Shown in pieces: positions 7,048 to 17,172 of a stretch of DNA of 64,000 nucleotides (its first letter is position 1; every line of letters begins with the position of its first letter). Location: sequence record MN106245.1; one strand, given 5' to 3'. Position numbers and translations under genes: made by a program. The stretch comes from Klebsiella phage EI. Under the pieces are notes generated by a model that was given only the letters and a program-made list of their open reading frames with translations, did not search any database and was not told the origin of the DNA.

Positions 7048-7125
7048 TGGAGGCGGAGGCAGGACTCGAACCTGCGCGTGTCGGGATATGAGCCCAACAT
7101 TCTGACCATCTGAAGTTACTCCGCA
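7048..7125 (-). tRNA. tRNA-Met (anticodon CAU) with initiator-like features, CCA encoded
   Basis: anticodon stem ends in three G-C pairs (TTGGG/CCCGA) next to loop CTCATAT, and the 1:72 position is mismatched (U:C); T-arm GCAGGTTCGAGTCCTGC. Confidence 0.65.
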
Positions 7126-7303
7126 TCTATTTCAAAAGCTCTCCACCCATCATGAGGGCTTCACTCGAATAATCCAGGAAGGCTGTACACTTCCCACCAA
7201 ATTATCGTGTCAAGAACTTTCTGAATAGAGACCTCACCATGTTTTTAGAGCTTAAGCCACAGGCTTCTCTTGAGGTCATTTTGAGACTGCTGTCTCCATG
7301 TAG

Positions 7304-7332
7304 TAATAATATCACTTAAAACTTAAAGCATA
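7304..7332 (-). promoter_or_regulatory. candidate T4 middle-type promoter (MotA box ATGCTTTAA, ~12-nt spacer, -10 TATTAT) reading into the tRNA cluster
   Basis: motif spotted by eye on the minus strand, upstream of tRNA-Met. Confidence 0.25.
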
Positions 7333-7629
7333 TTACCGGCTGATCATAATATAATCATGTTCAATGCAACCAGCCATCTGTTCATTCTTGAAAATATCAT
7401 ACTCAACTGGAGCATTATCTTCCATAACATAGAAAGTTAAGTTCACACTGTTATAATGATATTTATCATCAACCAGCTGGACCTTTGTGCTCGAACGGCC
7501 GATAGAAATCTTTTTGACTTCATGAAACGATTCAGCACCAAATGGAGCCACAGCAATCAGATTATGAGCCAGTTCAGAATCGTGACTATAGCCGTTATCA
7601 GGATGAGTTACTTTAGCGAATACTTTCAT
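7333..7629 (-). CDS. hypothetical protein
   Basis: ORF track. Confidence 0.45.
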   Translation of the reverse strand: MKVFAKVTHPDNGYSHDSELAHNLIAVAPFGAESFHEVKKISIGRSSTKVQLVDDKYHYNSVNLTFYVMEDNAPVEYDIFKNEQMAGCIEHDYIMISR

Positions 7630-8006
7630 TAACGATAACCACTCTCTACAATTGTATGAGTATTAAGGTTGGCAATATGCCACCAGTCAAAACGACCATT
7701 AAACTGCTTTTTCATAAGGTCTCGCAGTTCATCGATGTTCTGAGATTTAGCTCGCAGGTCATGGTAACCGCCTGATGGGTAGTAATCAGACCCAGCAAAC
7801 AGGGCAAAGTTATTACCAGTGTTCATAGAACAGCCAGAAGCATCTACCAAGTTACCATACTGGTCTGTGATTTCGATAAACGAATAACTCACATCACGAG
7901 CATATTCTACAGCATCTTGGTATGTTTCAAAAGAACCACACATGATACGACAATTCTGACGAGTATGAGGGTTCGCTTCAAAATCACCGTACAGCTTATA
8001 AGTCAT
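7629..8006 (-). CDS. hypothetical protein
   Basis: ORF track; ATGA-type overlap with neighbour. Confidence 0.45.
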   Translation of the reverse strand: MTYKLYGDFEANPHTRQNCRIMCGSFETYQDAVEYARDVSYSFIEITDQYGNLVDASGCSMNTGNNFALFAGSDYYPSGGYHDLRAKSQNIDELRDLMKKQFNGRFDWWHIANLNTHTIVESGYR

Positions 8007-8181
8007 TGGTGTACCCGCTTGTTATAGAACAAAATGAAGAACTAATGACTTCATACTTGTCGTTAAAGTCTTTACGTTCACGAGCGGCTTCAATAGCTTC
8101 TTCAATAGAGCCGTAACAATCTACAAAATCACCTGTCCCGCCACAAGGGTAGTACCGAGACCACATGAATAATCCGTACAT
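7996..8181 (-). CDS. hypothetical small protein
   Basis: ORF track. Confidence 0.35.
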   Translation of the reverse strand: MYGLFMWSRYYPCGGTGDFVDCYGSIEEAIEAARERKDFNDKYEVISSSFCSITSGYTNDL

Positions 8182-8187
8182 ATTTCC

Positions 8188-8382
8188 TCACTTAGAGATT
8201 TCGTTCATTAGGAAAGCTACAATAATCATTGATAATGCCAGTCCTGCAGATACGGCGTTTTCGGTAGTAGTTAACAGACCCGCCATAAAACCGGCAAACA
8301 TAGAAACCGAAGTGGCTCCAAGAGCTACTGTTACTGCCACATTACGAATGATTTCTGCGCGTTTCATTTTAATCTCCTTCAC
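8188..8382 (-). CDS. small hydrophobic membrane protein
   Basis: ORF track; two predicted TM helices. Confidence 0.45.
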   Translation of the reverse strand: MKEIKMKRAEIIRNVAVTVALGATSVSMFAGFMAGLLTTTENAVSAGLALSMIIVAFLMNEISK

Positions 8383-8432
8383 TTTTGTTTTGATAGGGTC
8401 ATCTTATCACGACCCATTACCATTGTAAACAC

Positions 8433-8696
8433 TTACTTTAAATGTTTTTTGATTTCGCTCATTTTAACAGGTTTACCGTTGATACGGAACTCTTTAGCAT
8501 CCCATGATTTAACGTGACTCAACAGAGTTTCTAGGTCTTTTGCTTCACCGAGGTCAACCATAGCGTTTTCATGAGAACCTTTAATATGGACTGCTCGGAA
8601 CAGTTTATGAGTGCCATACTGTGAATCAGTAATGCTCAGTTCTACATGGTTGAAAGCATCTTTAGATTCATTTAAAAATTCTTTGTAAGTTTTCAT
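8433..8696 (-). CDS. ipI: internal head protein (IPI-like) with N-terminal capsid-targeting sequence MKTYKEFLNE
   Basis: the CTS matches the T4 IP consensus MKTYQEFIAE cleaved by gp21 after Glu; position next to 57B as in T4. Confidence 0.6.
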   Translation of the reverse strand: MKTYKEFLNESKDAFNHVELSITDSQYGTHKLFRAVHIKGSHENAMVDLGEAKDLETLLSHVKSWDAKEFRINGKPVKMSEIKKHLK

Positions 8697-8770
8697 TTTG
8701 GTTTCCTGAGTAAGTTGGTATAAGGGTATAGTACCATAACTATTTAATGTTGTAAACTACAAATGCAAAA

Positions 8771-8786
8771 AAGGAGACCGAAGTCT
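8771..8786. terminator. GC hairpin GGAGACCGAAGTCTCC between two minus-strand genes
   Basis: perfect inverted repeat with flanking A/T runs; the same hairpin core recurs at 27858-27875. Confidence 0.5.
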
Positions 8787-8788
8787 CC

Positions 8789-9244
<456 letters not shown>

Positions 9245-9472
9245 TTAGCCTTCTACTTCAGCTTCGACATCAGCAGCCAGAACAACCGACTTAGCTGCTT
9301 CTACGATAGCGGCCAGTTCAAAAGAACCGTCTTCTTTAGCTTTTACAGGCAGAATCTGAACCAGTTCACCCAGAACAGCTTCCAGTTCTTTAATGCGGTC
9401 TTGGGAAGCCTGAGCAACTTCAGACAGGTCGAATACGCGTACTTTCAGTGTGTTAATAATATCTTGACTCAT
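9245..9472 (-). CDS. 57A: gp57A tail-fibre assembly chaperone (coiled coil)
   Basis: 75 aa, heptad-rich; synteny. Confidence 0.65.
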   Translation of the reverse strand: MSQDIINTLKVRVFDLSEVAQASQDRIKELEAVLGELVQILPVKAKEDGSFELAAIVEAAKSVVLAADVEAEVEG

Positions 9473-10173
9473 TTTAATACCTTATCAATTTTTTTGTAAA
9501 GTTCTTCAATAGAACCGTCGTTTGTTATTACAATATCACCAGGCATAACCGGAAGGCCACGCTCGGTGATGTGAGAATCCGTTTTAGTTTCTTTAGAAGG
9601 GCGAACTACATGGATAATTGTAGCACCCATCGCCCTGGCAAAAGAAATTTCATGTTCTTGACGAACATCTGGAACTATGAAGTAATTATACTTCTCAAAG
9701 TTATCAGCATATTCATCCATACACCATTTAACCCAATACATCTTATCAAAGCAATTGACCACGATATCCGTTCCAAGGGTCTGCATCAGACGTCTAACGG
9801 ACCAATCATCTTCAATAGTATTTATGACGCGTTCAACTTCTCTTTCTACCGAGTTCATAGGTAAGCCGTTGTAGGTAGCGCACAAATACTTCTGTTCAGA
9901 TAACCAACCCATTGCGGCGAGCATAATAGCTAACACACGCTTCTTATCAAGGAACAAATTCTGTTCACGGTCGTAATCAATACCTTCGAGCTGGTCTCGA
10001 GTTAATTTCTGAATGTCTGAATACTGGTATTGTACAACAGAAAACGCGTGATGCAAAGCCTCTTTGATTGGCCAAGCCAATTGGGCCTTAATGGCGTTGT
10101 AGTTATCCATAATATAGTCAGCGGTGGTATCCTTACCACTGCGTTTTTTACCTAAAAGATAAACTTGTTTCAT
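9469..10173 (-). CDS. 1: gp1 deoxynucleoside monophosphate kinase
   Basis: P-loop GKKRSGKDT; 234 aa (T4 241). Confidence 0.8.
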   Translation of the reverse strand: MKQVYLLGKKRSGKDTTADYIMDNYNAIKAQLAWPIKEALHHAFSVVQYQYSDIQKLTRDQLEGIDYDREQNLFLDKKRVLAIMLAAMGWLSEQKYLCATYNGLPMNSVEREVERVINTIEDDWSVRRLMQTLGTDIVVNCFDKMYWVKWCMDEYADNFEKYNYFIVPDVRQEHEISFARAMGATIIHVVRPSKETKTDSHITERGLPVMPGDIVITNDGSIEELYKKIDKVLK

Positions 10174-10790
10174 TGCATACTCGGATGACGACCCCTGATT
10201 TGGGCCTGTAATTGAACTTCACGTGCCTCATTAATAGGAGCACGTCCCTCTATAATTACGCCTTTTTGTTCAACTTCGATGTACTTATAGTTCAATGTAG
10301 CAGTGCAATACATGGGAACGTCAGAATCTTCGGCCAGTGAGTATTCGATTTCACTGAGGTCGGAGATCCAAGCTCCTACATATCTGATAGTCAATACTAT
10401 ATCACGTTTATCGTTATCGAGAATATGCATTAAAACCGCATCCGGGAAACCATCTTTGCGGTTCCACCCAGACTTATCTCTATTCAAATAGTTATTGCAG
10501 GCCAGCATCCACTGATAGCACTGAAGCCATGATTCAAGTTTCTCGTCGACTAAAAACCGACATGGAACGGCTTCGAACTCTATTGTGGCAGAACTTAAAG
10601 AAGCCCGATGCATGCCTTGAGGCTGACCAGCAACTTCAGTAACAGGGATGTGAATCCCTGGAACAGCAGCTACTTGAAGATTCAGTTTAAATGCTTTAGT
10701 GAGGTTCCCATCAGGAACCTCTAATAGAAAGTTTGTTGTGTTAGTTTGGTTAAATAACCCACCATTTGAATCGTGCATTATGATTTCCAT
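10170..10790 (-). CDS. 3: gp3 tail completion / sheath stabiliser (tail-tube-fold paralog)
   Basis: synteny; N-terminal similarity to the gp19 pattern (NFLLEVPDG..). Confidence 0.65.
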   Translation of the reverse strand: MEIIMHDSNGGLFNQTNTTNFLLEVPDGNLTKAFKLNLQVAAVPGIHIPVTEVAGQPQGMHRASLSSATIEFEAVPCRFLVDEKLESWLQCYQWMLACNNYLNRDKSGWNRKDGFPDAVLMHILDNDKRDIVLTIRYVGAWISDLSEIEYSLAEDSDVPMYCTATLNYKYIEVEQKGVIIEGRAPINEAREVQLQAQIRGRHPSMQ

Positions 10791-11620
10791 ACTGAAGTAG
10801 CAGAATAACGTTTGCCTTTCGACATAAACTGCTGAAGTGGCAACATTACTACATTAGCCCAATCTGCAGGCTTAATCTCTATCATCGGACCTTTTATATG
10901 CCCAGGCAAATAGGATTTAATCATCTGGTCAGCGCCTTTAAAGCCCTTCACTTGACTCCAGTTGATTTTAAGTTTAGTCTTATTGGATATTACAGGAGTG
11001 TTCGCGTATTGCTTCAGGAGTTCTTCTAGGAAAGCCTGGCGAGCTTTAGGAGGTATGTAGTGAAGATTAAGACCGTACATAACCCTAGAACTTCCGTTTT
11101 GACCGAATCCAAGATTAATAATCAATGGATATTTGTCCCAATACGGTAATGTATCTTTATGCTTAGCATCATAGATGTATGCGTATAATTTGCCTGGTTC
11201 AGGCTTAGATACTTGGTGCCCACGAACATTTTTCTTAATGGTATCATTGAACCATCGAGCCGATTTGTTGTTAACAGCGGCTCCTTCATTCTTTATTTTT
11301 TCACGAAGAGAACTACGGAAACTGTTAATCATAATTAACTGACGTTCAGCTTTAGTCAGTTTATTTTGTGGTTTCTTTTCTAACTTTTCGACCTTTACGG
11401 CCGTTTTGATACGTGATTGGTATCGTGACATGGCTTTAGTGAACGAAGCATAGTTGAATCCACGTTCTTCAGCGAATTCTTTAGCTGTGATTCCTTTGGC
11501 CTTTGCTTTAGCGTATTCAACACCAATCTTAACCCATTGCTGCTCTGATTTACTTGGTGCACGATTAAGCGCCGGAGCAGCTTCACCCAAGAATTCGATT
11601 ATAGCCATTAGCCTTTCCAT
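10778..11620 (-). CDS. 2: gp2 DNA end protector
   Basis: 280 aa (T4 274); synteny. Confidence 0.7.
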   Translation of the reverse strand: MERLMAIIEFLGEAAPALNRAPSKSEQQWVKIGVEYAKAKAKGITAKEFAEERGFNYASFTKAMSRYQSRIKTAVKVEKLEKKPQNKLTKAERQLIMINSFRSSLREKIKNEGAAVNNKSARWFNDTIKKNVRGHQVSKPEPGKLYAYIYDAKHKDTLPYWDKYPLIINLGFGQNGSSRVMYGLNLHYIPPKARQAFLEELLKQYANTPVISNKTKLKINWSQVKGFKGADQMIKSYLPGHIKGPMIEIKPADWANVVMLPLQQFMSKGKRYSATSVWKS

Positions 11621-12057
11621 CCAAGTTTCTTGAGGGAATGCTCAGTAATTAGTCTAAATTGTATACCCATTTTGTCAGCAGTTGCTTGAGCTGCTTTCCA
11701 TTTATCCTGATTCACCGAATAAGTATACACTTCATTTATGTAGCGTTTCTTAGCCGCTGTAGTAAGCTTGACAGGTTTAGGCGGAGGAACAGTTTCTTTG
11801 GCAGGTTTCACTTCAAAAAAGAACTGTTGCCCATCTTTAAATCTAACCCAAAAGTCCATGAAGTAGCGTCGTTTCTTTCCTTCAGCATTGCAAAAATACG
11901 GAATTACAACTTCTTCACTATTCCACTGAACAACCTCAGGATGACGGTCAAGCCATCTCATTAGATACTGCTCCCATGAGGAACGGTACGTAATTTTTCT
12001 TACGTCTCCTTTGTACTTAGAGATATTCTCTGGCATAAATTTGCCGCTGTAGGCCAT
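11608..12057 (-). CDS. 4: gp4 head completion protein
   Basis: 149 aa (T4 150); synteny; divergently transcribed from 53. Confidence 0.75.
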   Translation of the reverse strand: MAYSGKFMPENISKYKGDVRKITYRSSWEQYLMRWLDRHPEVVQWNSEEVVIPYFCNAEGKKRRYFMDFWVRFKDGQQFFFEVKPAKETVPPPKPVKLTTAAKKRYINEVYTYSVNQDKWKAAQATADKMGIQFRLITEHSLKKLGWKG

Positions 12058-12070
12058 AATGAAGCCTCCT

Positions 12071-12078
12071 TATAAATA
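12071..12078 (+). promoter_or_regulatory. T4 late promoter TATAAATA upstream of gene 53
   Basis: exact consensus ~30 nt before the ATG at 12109. Confidence 0.6.
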
Positions 12079-12108
12079 CATATATCAATATTTATAAAAG
12101 GATACACT

Positions 12109-12696
12109 ATGCTCTTTTCGTTTTTCAACCCAATTGAGTACCAAGCTAAAACGACTGGCAGCAAGAAGATAATCCCGACAGCTAATATCTATCGTGATTA
12201 CCAAGAATATTTTGACCGTGTAGCGGTTAACTACTTGCTTCAGAACTATTACATTCAAGGTGCTCCACGTCCAGAAGAACTGTCTTATGAACTGTACGGT
12301 AACACGCAGTTCTATTGGATTCTCTTAATGTGTAACGGAATCTATGACCCTTATCATGGATGGATTAAATCACAGGATGCTTGTTACCAAGCAGCTGAGC
12401 AGAAATACTCTAAAGTTGGTGGGAACCAGATCTTGTATCATGTTGATGCCGGCGGGAACAGATATTATAACGTAGAGCAGGTTCCTCCTAATTCAGGCAT
12501 CTGGTGGGCTAAAGGCGAGAACGATTATACTAAAGATTCTCACATCCAATACCGCGGCGCGTTAGCTCCAGTCGATGTCTATGAAGATGCTATACTAGAA
12601 AATGAAAAACTTCGGCAGATCAAAATCGTTAACCCTGTTGATATCGAATCTTTTTTATCTGATATAGTTCGTGAAATGGAAAAGGCCCCAGAATGA
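12109..12696 (+). CDS. 53: gp53 baseplate wedge protein
   Basis: 195 aa (T4 196); synteny. Confidence 0.8.
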   Translation: MLFSFFNPIEYQAKTTGSKKIIPTANIYRDYQEYFDRVAVNYLLQNYYIQGAPRPEELSYELYGNTQFYWILLMCNGIYDPYHGWIKSQDACYQAAEQKYSKVGGNQILYHVDAGGNRYYNVEQVPPNSGIWWAKGENDYTKDSHIQYRGALAPVDVYEDAILENEKLRQIKIVNPVDIESFLSDIVREMEKAPE

Positions 12697-14432
12697 TTGA
12701 AATGAATGATGAAGTACGCTGGTTCACCGGCGTCGTAGAAGATAGAATGGACCCATTAAAGCAAGGTCGTGTAAGAGTACGCGTTGTAGGCCTTCACCCA
12801 TTCCAAAAAACTCAAGGGCCTATTTCAGGTATTTCTACTGCTGATTTACCATGGATGACTGTAGGGCAGCCTACTAACTCTGCCGGTATCAGCGGTGTGG
12901 GCCACTCAATTACAGGTATTGTTGAAGGTAGTACAGTTTTTGGACAATGGCTCGACAAATATAAAACATCAGGCATTGTTACTCATGTTTTATCGGCGCA
13001 TAGTACAAAGAAGCCTAACTACACAGAAGGGTTCAGTGACCCCACAGGGCAGTTCCCTAGATACTTAGGTTCGGATACGAACCCGCTGACTCAAGGGTCT
13101 GAAATAGGCTATAATAGTAATACTAATGTTATTCAAGATGCTAACCTTGATGTAGGTATTAATCCTGATTCAACAGATATCAATGATGCTAAACCAGATG
13201 ACAATCCTAATTTCACTATTGAAAACATGCTTCGTCGCGATGAAGGCCTTCGTTTAAAAGTATACTGGGATTCTGAAGGGTACCCTACCGTAGGTATTGG
13301 CCACTTGATTGTAATGCAGAAAATACGAGATATGGCTCAGATTAATAAAATTCTGAGCAATCAAGTAGGGCGCCAAGTAACTGGGAACCCAGGCATCATC
13401 GAAATGGAAGAAGCTTCTAAATTATTCCAGAAAGATTTAGCGAATGTCCAGAGAGATGTTAAAAGCCACCCTAGGGTTGGCCCTGTTTATGCTAAAGTAA
13501 ACAGGTCAAGGCAGATGGCTTTAGAGAACATGGCCTTCCAAATGGGTATCTATGGATTAGCAAAATTCAAAGGTATGTTAGATGCAATGCTTGCTGAAGA
13601 CTGGCAAACAGCATTTAAAGAAGCCCGCAACTCTGTTTGGTTTAATCAGACTAAAGGTCGTGCTTCACGTGTATCTATGATTATCTTAACAGGCAATTTA
13701 GAATCATACGGTATTCCTGTTCCGCCGGAACAGGCCAAAGGAAGAATGATTCAATTATTTGCCGCCCCCAGTTCAGATGATTCTGATGACCCAAGTGCTC
13801 CATGGACTCCTACGGATTCAAGGATTCTGTTCAAAGAACCTGAAAGTTCTTATAAAGGCGAATATCCTTACGTTCACACGTATGAATCTGAATCAGGCCA
13901 TATTCAAGAATTTGACGATACCCCAGGTTACGAACGATATAGACTGGTCCACCCAACAGGTTGTTATGAAGAAGTTGCTCCTGACGGGCGCCGTACTCGT
14001 AAAACAGTTGCCGATCTTTATGATATGACCCAAGGTGATGGTAATATCATGATTTCTGGTGATAAGAAAGTTAACGTAGGCGGAAACGAAGTTTATTATA
14101 ATATGTACAATCGGCGTCATCAAATTGATGGTGACAATACCCTCTACATCCGTGGAAACGAAACTAAAACTGTAGAAGGTGACGGGACTATCATCGTCAA
14201 AGGTAACGTAAAAATTGTCGTTGAAGGAAATGCAGATATCCAAGTAAATGGCGATGCTACCACTAAAGTGGATGGGAACCATGAAATGAATATTGGTGGG
14301 AATATGTCTTATGTTGTTGCTGGAACTGTTTCTTGGAATGTAGGTGGGTCATGGACTGAGACAATGGCTTCGATGAGTTCTATTGCTCAAGGTCAATATA
14401 CTATTGATGGTAGCAGAATTGATGTAGGTTAA
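12693..14432 (+). CDS. 5: gp5 baseplate hub subunit and tail lysozyme
   Basis: 579 aa; T4-lysozyme-like core LRRDEGLRLKVYWDSEGYPTVGIGHLI; C-terminal VxGxxxxx beta-helix repeats. Confidence 0.9.
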   Translation: MIEMNDEVRWFTGVVEDRMDPLKQGRVRVRVVGLHPFQKTQGPISGISTADLPWMTVGQPTNSAGISGVGHSITGIVEGSTVFGQWLDKYKTSGIVTHVLSAHSTKKPNYTEGFSDPTGQFPRYLGSDTNPLTQGSEIGYNSNTNVIQDANLDVGINPDSTDINDAKPDDNPNFTIENMLRRDEGLRLKVYWDSEGYPTVGIGHLIVMQKIRDMAQINKILSNQVGRQVTGNPGIIEMEEASKLFQKDLANVQRDVKSHPRVGPVYAKVNRSRQMALENMAFQMGIYGLAKFKGMLDAMLAEDWQTAFKEARNSVWFNQTKGRASRVSMIILTGNLESYGIPVPPEQAKGRMIQLFAAPSSDDSDDPSAPWTPTDSRILFKEPESSYKGEYPYVHTYESESGHIQEFDDTPGYERYRLVHPTGCYEEVAPDGRRTRKTVADLYDMTQGDGNIMISGDKKVNVGGNEVYYNMYNRRHQIDGDNTLYIRGNETKTVEGDGTIIVKGNVKIVVEGNADIQVNGDATTKVDGNHEMNIGGNMSYVVAGTVSWNVGGSWTETMASMSSIAQGQYTIDGSRIDVG

Positions 14433-14434
14433 TT

Positions 14435-14929
14435 ATGGCCCAGATAATTCCAATAAATACAACATTAGAAGAACTTATAGAAGGTGACTTTGTAGACCAA
14501 TATTTCACTGCCTCTTTAGAGGCAGATGAAACTCTTAAGTCAATTACTATTACTAACTACCAACCAGTAACCGGTATCACTGTAGCTCAAAACCATTATA
14601 CAGGTAACTATAACTCAATTTTCACTTTTGGTGCTAATGCGCTTTTATACCGAGAAGGCGACAATCTGAAATCAGCTTCAGCATGGGAGGAGTTGCCTCC
14701 TCCAAAAGAAGCTGATCTATACTTATTCAGAGCCCCTACGGCGCTTTATAAGACATTTACGTATACTGTTGAGTTAATCTATACTGTAACTACTCCGGTA
14801 GTCCCTGGCGAACCAGGAAGTGGCTCTGTTGAAGAGAAAAAGCTAACAAAGGTCTACTCACAAACAGTTAAAGGTAACTGGAGTATTTGGGCTAAAAAGC
14901 TGCGTGATTACGTATACGTGGGGAACTAA
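14435..14929 (+). CDS. 5.1: gp5.1-like protein
   Basis: 164 aa; synteny. Confidence 0.6.
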   Translation: MAQIIPINTTLEELIEGDFVDQYFTASLEADETLKSITITNYQPVTGITVAQNHYTGNYNSIFTFGANALLYREGDNLKSASAWEELPPPKEADLYLFRAPTALYKTFTYTVELIYTVTTPVVPGEPGSGSVEEKKLTKVYSQTVKGNWSIWAKKLRDYVYVGN

Positions 14930-15223
14930 ATGGCAGGCTTAGCACACAATCATTGCATTACGACAGGTCATGATGCTTATCCTCCGACCGATGTAAATGC
15001 TACACAATCTAAAGTATTCACCGGTGGTATAGCTGTCGTTCGCGACGGCGATCCTATTACTCCACACACAAAAACAACGAAGCCTCATGATACACATGGA
15101 GGCGTCGTAGAGGCTAGAACGAGTAAAGTATTCGTTAACGGGAAGAAAGCAGCCCAAATGGCCGATCCAATTTCATGCGGTGACACCATCGCTCAATCTT
15201 CACATAAGGTGTTTATTCACTAA
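14930..15223 (+). CDS. 5.4: gp5.4 PAAR-repeat spike-tip protein
   Basis: 97 aa, the same length as T4 gp5.4; motifs [11 protein letters not shown] and GDPISCGD. Confidence 0.8.
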   Translation: MAGLAHNHCITTGHDAYPPTDVNATQSKVFTGGIAVVRDGDPITPHTKTTKPHDTHGGVVEARTSKVFVNGKKAAQMADPISCGDTIAQSSHKVFIH

Positions 15224-17172
15224 TGGCTACTACAGAACCAGTAAATTACCAGTTGACGCGTACTGCAAACGCTATCCCAGAAGCATTCGTTGGTGCAACC
15301 TTTGATGAAATTAAAAACAATCTTATTGATTGGCTTTCAAGTCAATCAGAATTCCAAGATTACGATTTCTCCGGTTCTCGAATCAACGTACTGCTAGATC
15401 TTTTAGCTTATAACACTCTTTATATTCAACAATTTGCTAACACAGCAATATACGAAAGTTTTATCGGAACTGCTAATCTTCGTAGCTCTGTAGTCCAGGC
15501 AGCCCAAGAAAACGGGTATCTTCCTGCTTCTAAATCTGCGGCTAAAACTTCTATTATGCTAGATGTTACCCACGACTTAAATCCGGTATCGATTAGTATT
15601 CCGCGTGGGACTAAGTTCTTGGCATATGCCCGTGATACATCAGCGGACCCGTATTCTTTTGTCACTACCAAAGATGTGGTTGTAACTCGTGATAGCGATA
15701 AACATTATTGGCCCGTTGTTGAACTCGCTCAAGGTCGAATTATTCGTCAGATAATTCAATATGACCCTAAAGTTCCTATTTTAGTCCGTGACCCTAATAT
15801 TGACAGATCAGAAGTTCGCTTAATGGTTAACGGTTCTGAATGGACCAACTGGACTGATCGGTCTATGGTTCACACCGGAAGTACTTCGCACATTTACTAT
15901 ATGCGTGAAACTGTTGATGGTGATACGGAGTTCTTTTTTGGTGAAGGTGTAGAAACTACTTCTGTAGCCGGCGGTGTTTTGGAAGCTAACTTTATTGGTG
16001 GTCTAAAACCTACTCGTAATGACACAATAACCATAGAATACCTCCGTACCGAAGGCGATGCTGCTAATGGTGCCGTAGATTTTAGTTATGCAGACACACT
16101 TCAGTATGTTACAGTTAATAAAATCATTGAAAACTGGACTAATTCTCCTGATTATGTTGGTGCTGATGGTGGTGGCGACCCTGAAGGAATTGAGCGTATT
16201 CGAGAACTTGCTATCCTGAAACGCGAATCTCAGATGCGCTGTGTTTCTAAGTCGGATTATGAAAGTTTTGTTAGTTCTCGTTTTGGTAATATCGTCCAGG
16301 CTGTCCAATGCTTTACAGATCCAGATAAACCAGGGTACGCATTTATTGCAATTAAACCAAAATCGGGTCTACAACTGACAGCTGTCCAACGTGAAGACAT
16401 TAAAGCTTATTTAGAGCCGTTTACATTAGCTCCTATTACTCCTGCTATTATGTCTCCGGATTATTTGTTCATCAAGCAAAATGTTAAAGTTTCTTATGCT
16501 ATGAACAAGTTACAAGAATCTGAGCAGTGGCTTGAAAATAAAATTTTAGATCAGATAGATACCTATTATCGTGATGAAGTAGAAATCTTCAATAGCTCAT
16601 TTAGTAAGTCTAAAATGTTGACTTATGTAGATGATGCAAATATTAGTATTCTAGGTTCGTCTGCCACGATTCAACTGGTTCGCGAAGTTGTTAATTATTT
16701 TGTTCTGCCTGAAAGTGGTATTAAATACTATAATCAAATTAATAAGCGGACTTTAGAGTCAAGCGACATTTCTTTTGTGGCTAATTCCGAGTTGAGTTAT
16801 CCTGTTAGAATTTATGGAACAGACCCTGACGAATTAGGAAACGGGAATATTGTTATAGGGCCTTTCCGAGACGGTGATATTGTTGAGAACGCACATATTA
16901 AGCCGTACACAGGATCTGATTTTAACAAGCCTATTATAGAAGGTCGTACTAAATTTTATAAAGTCGGCGAAATCTCTTATCCGGGTGATAACATCTATTG
17001 GAACCTTGGGGCTCTTGGTGTAACTTCAGATCGTTTTGAAGACCAAAGCATCGAGCTTTATTCTACACCAAGTCAAGATATTATCTTCTCAAGAGATGGA
17101 ACACTTATCGTATTTGAGAACGATTTACGCCCTCAATACACAACTATCACATTGGAGCCAATTACTCAATGA
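15223..17172 (+). CDS. 6: gp6 baseplate wedge subunit
   Basis: 649 aa (T4 660); synteny. Confidence 0.85.
   Translation: MATTEPVNYQLTRTANAIPEAFVGATFDEIKNNLIDWLSSQSEFQDYDFSGSRINVLLDLLAYNTLYIQQFANTAIYESFIGTANLRSSVVQAAQENGYLPASKSAAKTSIMLDVTHDLNPVSISIPRGTKFLAYARDTSADPYSFVTTKDVVVTRDSDKHYWPVVELAQGRIIRQIIQYDPKVPILVRDPNIDRSEVRLMVNGSEWTNWTDRSMVHTGSTSHIYYMRETVDGDTEFFFGEGVETTSVAGGVLEANFIGGLKPTRNDTITIEYLRTEGDAANGAVDFSYADTLQYVTVNKIIENWTNSPDYVGADGGGDPEGIERIRELAILKRESQMRCVSKSDYESFVSSRFGNIVQAVQCFTDPDKPGYAFIAIKPKSGLQLTAVQREDIKAYLEPFTLAPITPAIMSPDYLFIKQNVKVSYAMNKLQESEQWLENKILDQIDTYYRDEVEIFNSSFSKSKMLTYVDDANISILGSSATIQLVREVVNYFVLPESGIKYYNQINKRTLESSDISFVANSELSYPVRIYGTDPDELGNGNIVIGPFRDGDIVENAHIKPYTGSDFNKPIIEGRTKFYKVGEISYPGDNIYWNLGALGVTSDRFEDQSIELYSTPSQDIIFSRDGTLIVFENDLRPQYTTITLEPITQ

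Noticed and set aside
13759-14282. Plus/minus ORFs inside gene 5 (13759-14028, 13893-14282), and similar antisense ORFs inside genes 6, 7, 10, 12, 17, 18, 29, alt and 30
   Set aside because: Embedded in or antisense to long, well-supported structural genes; no independent evidence.
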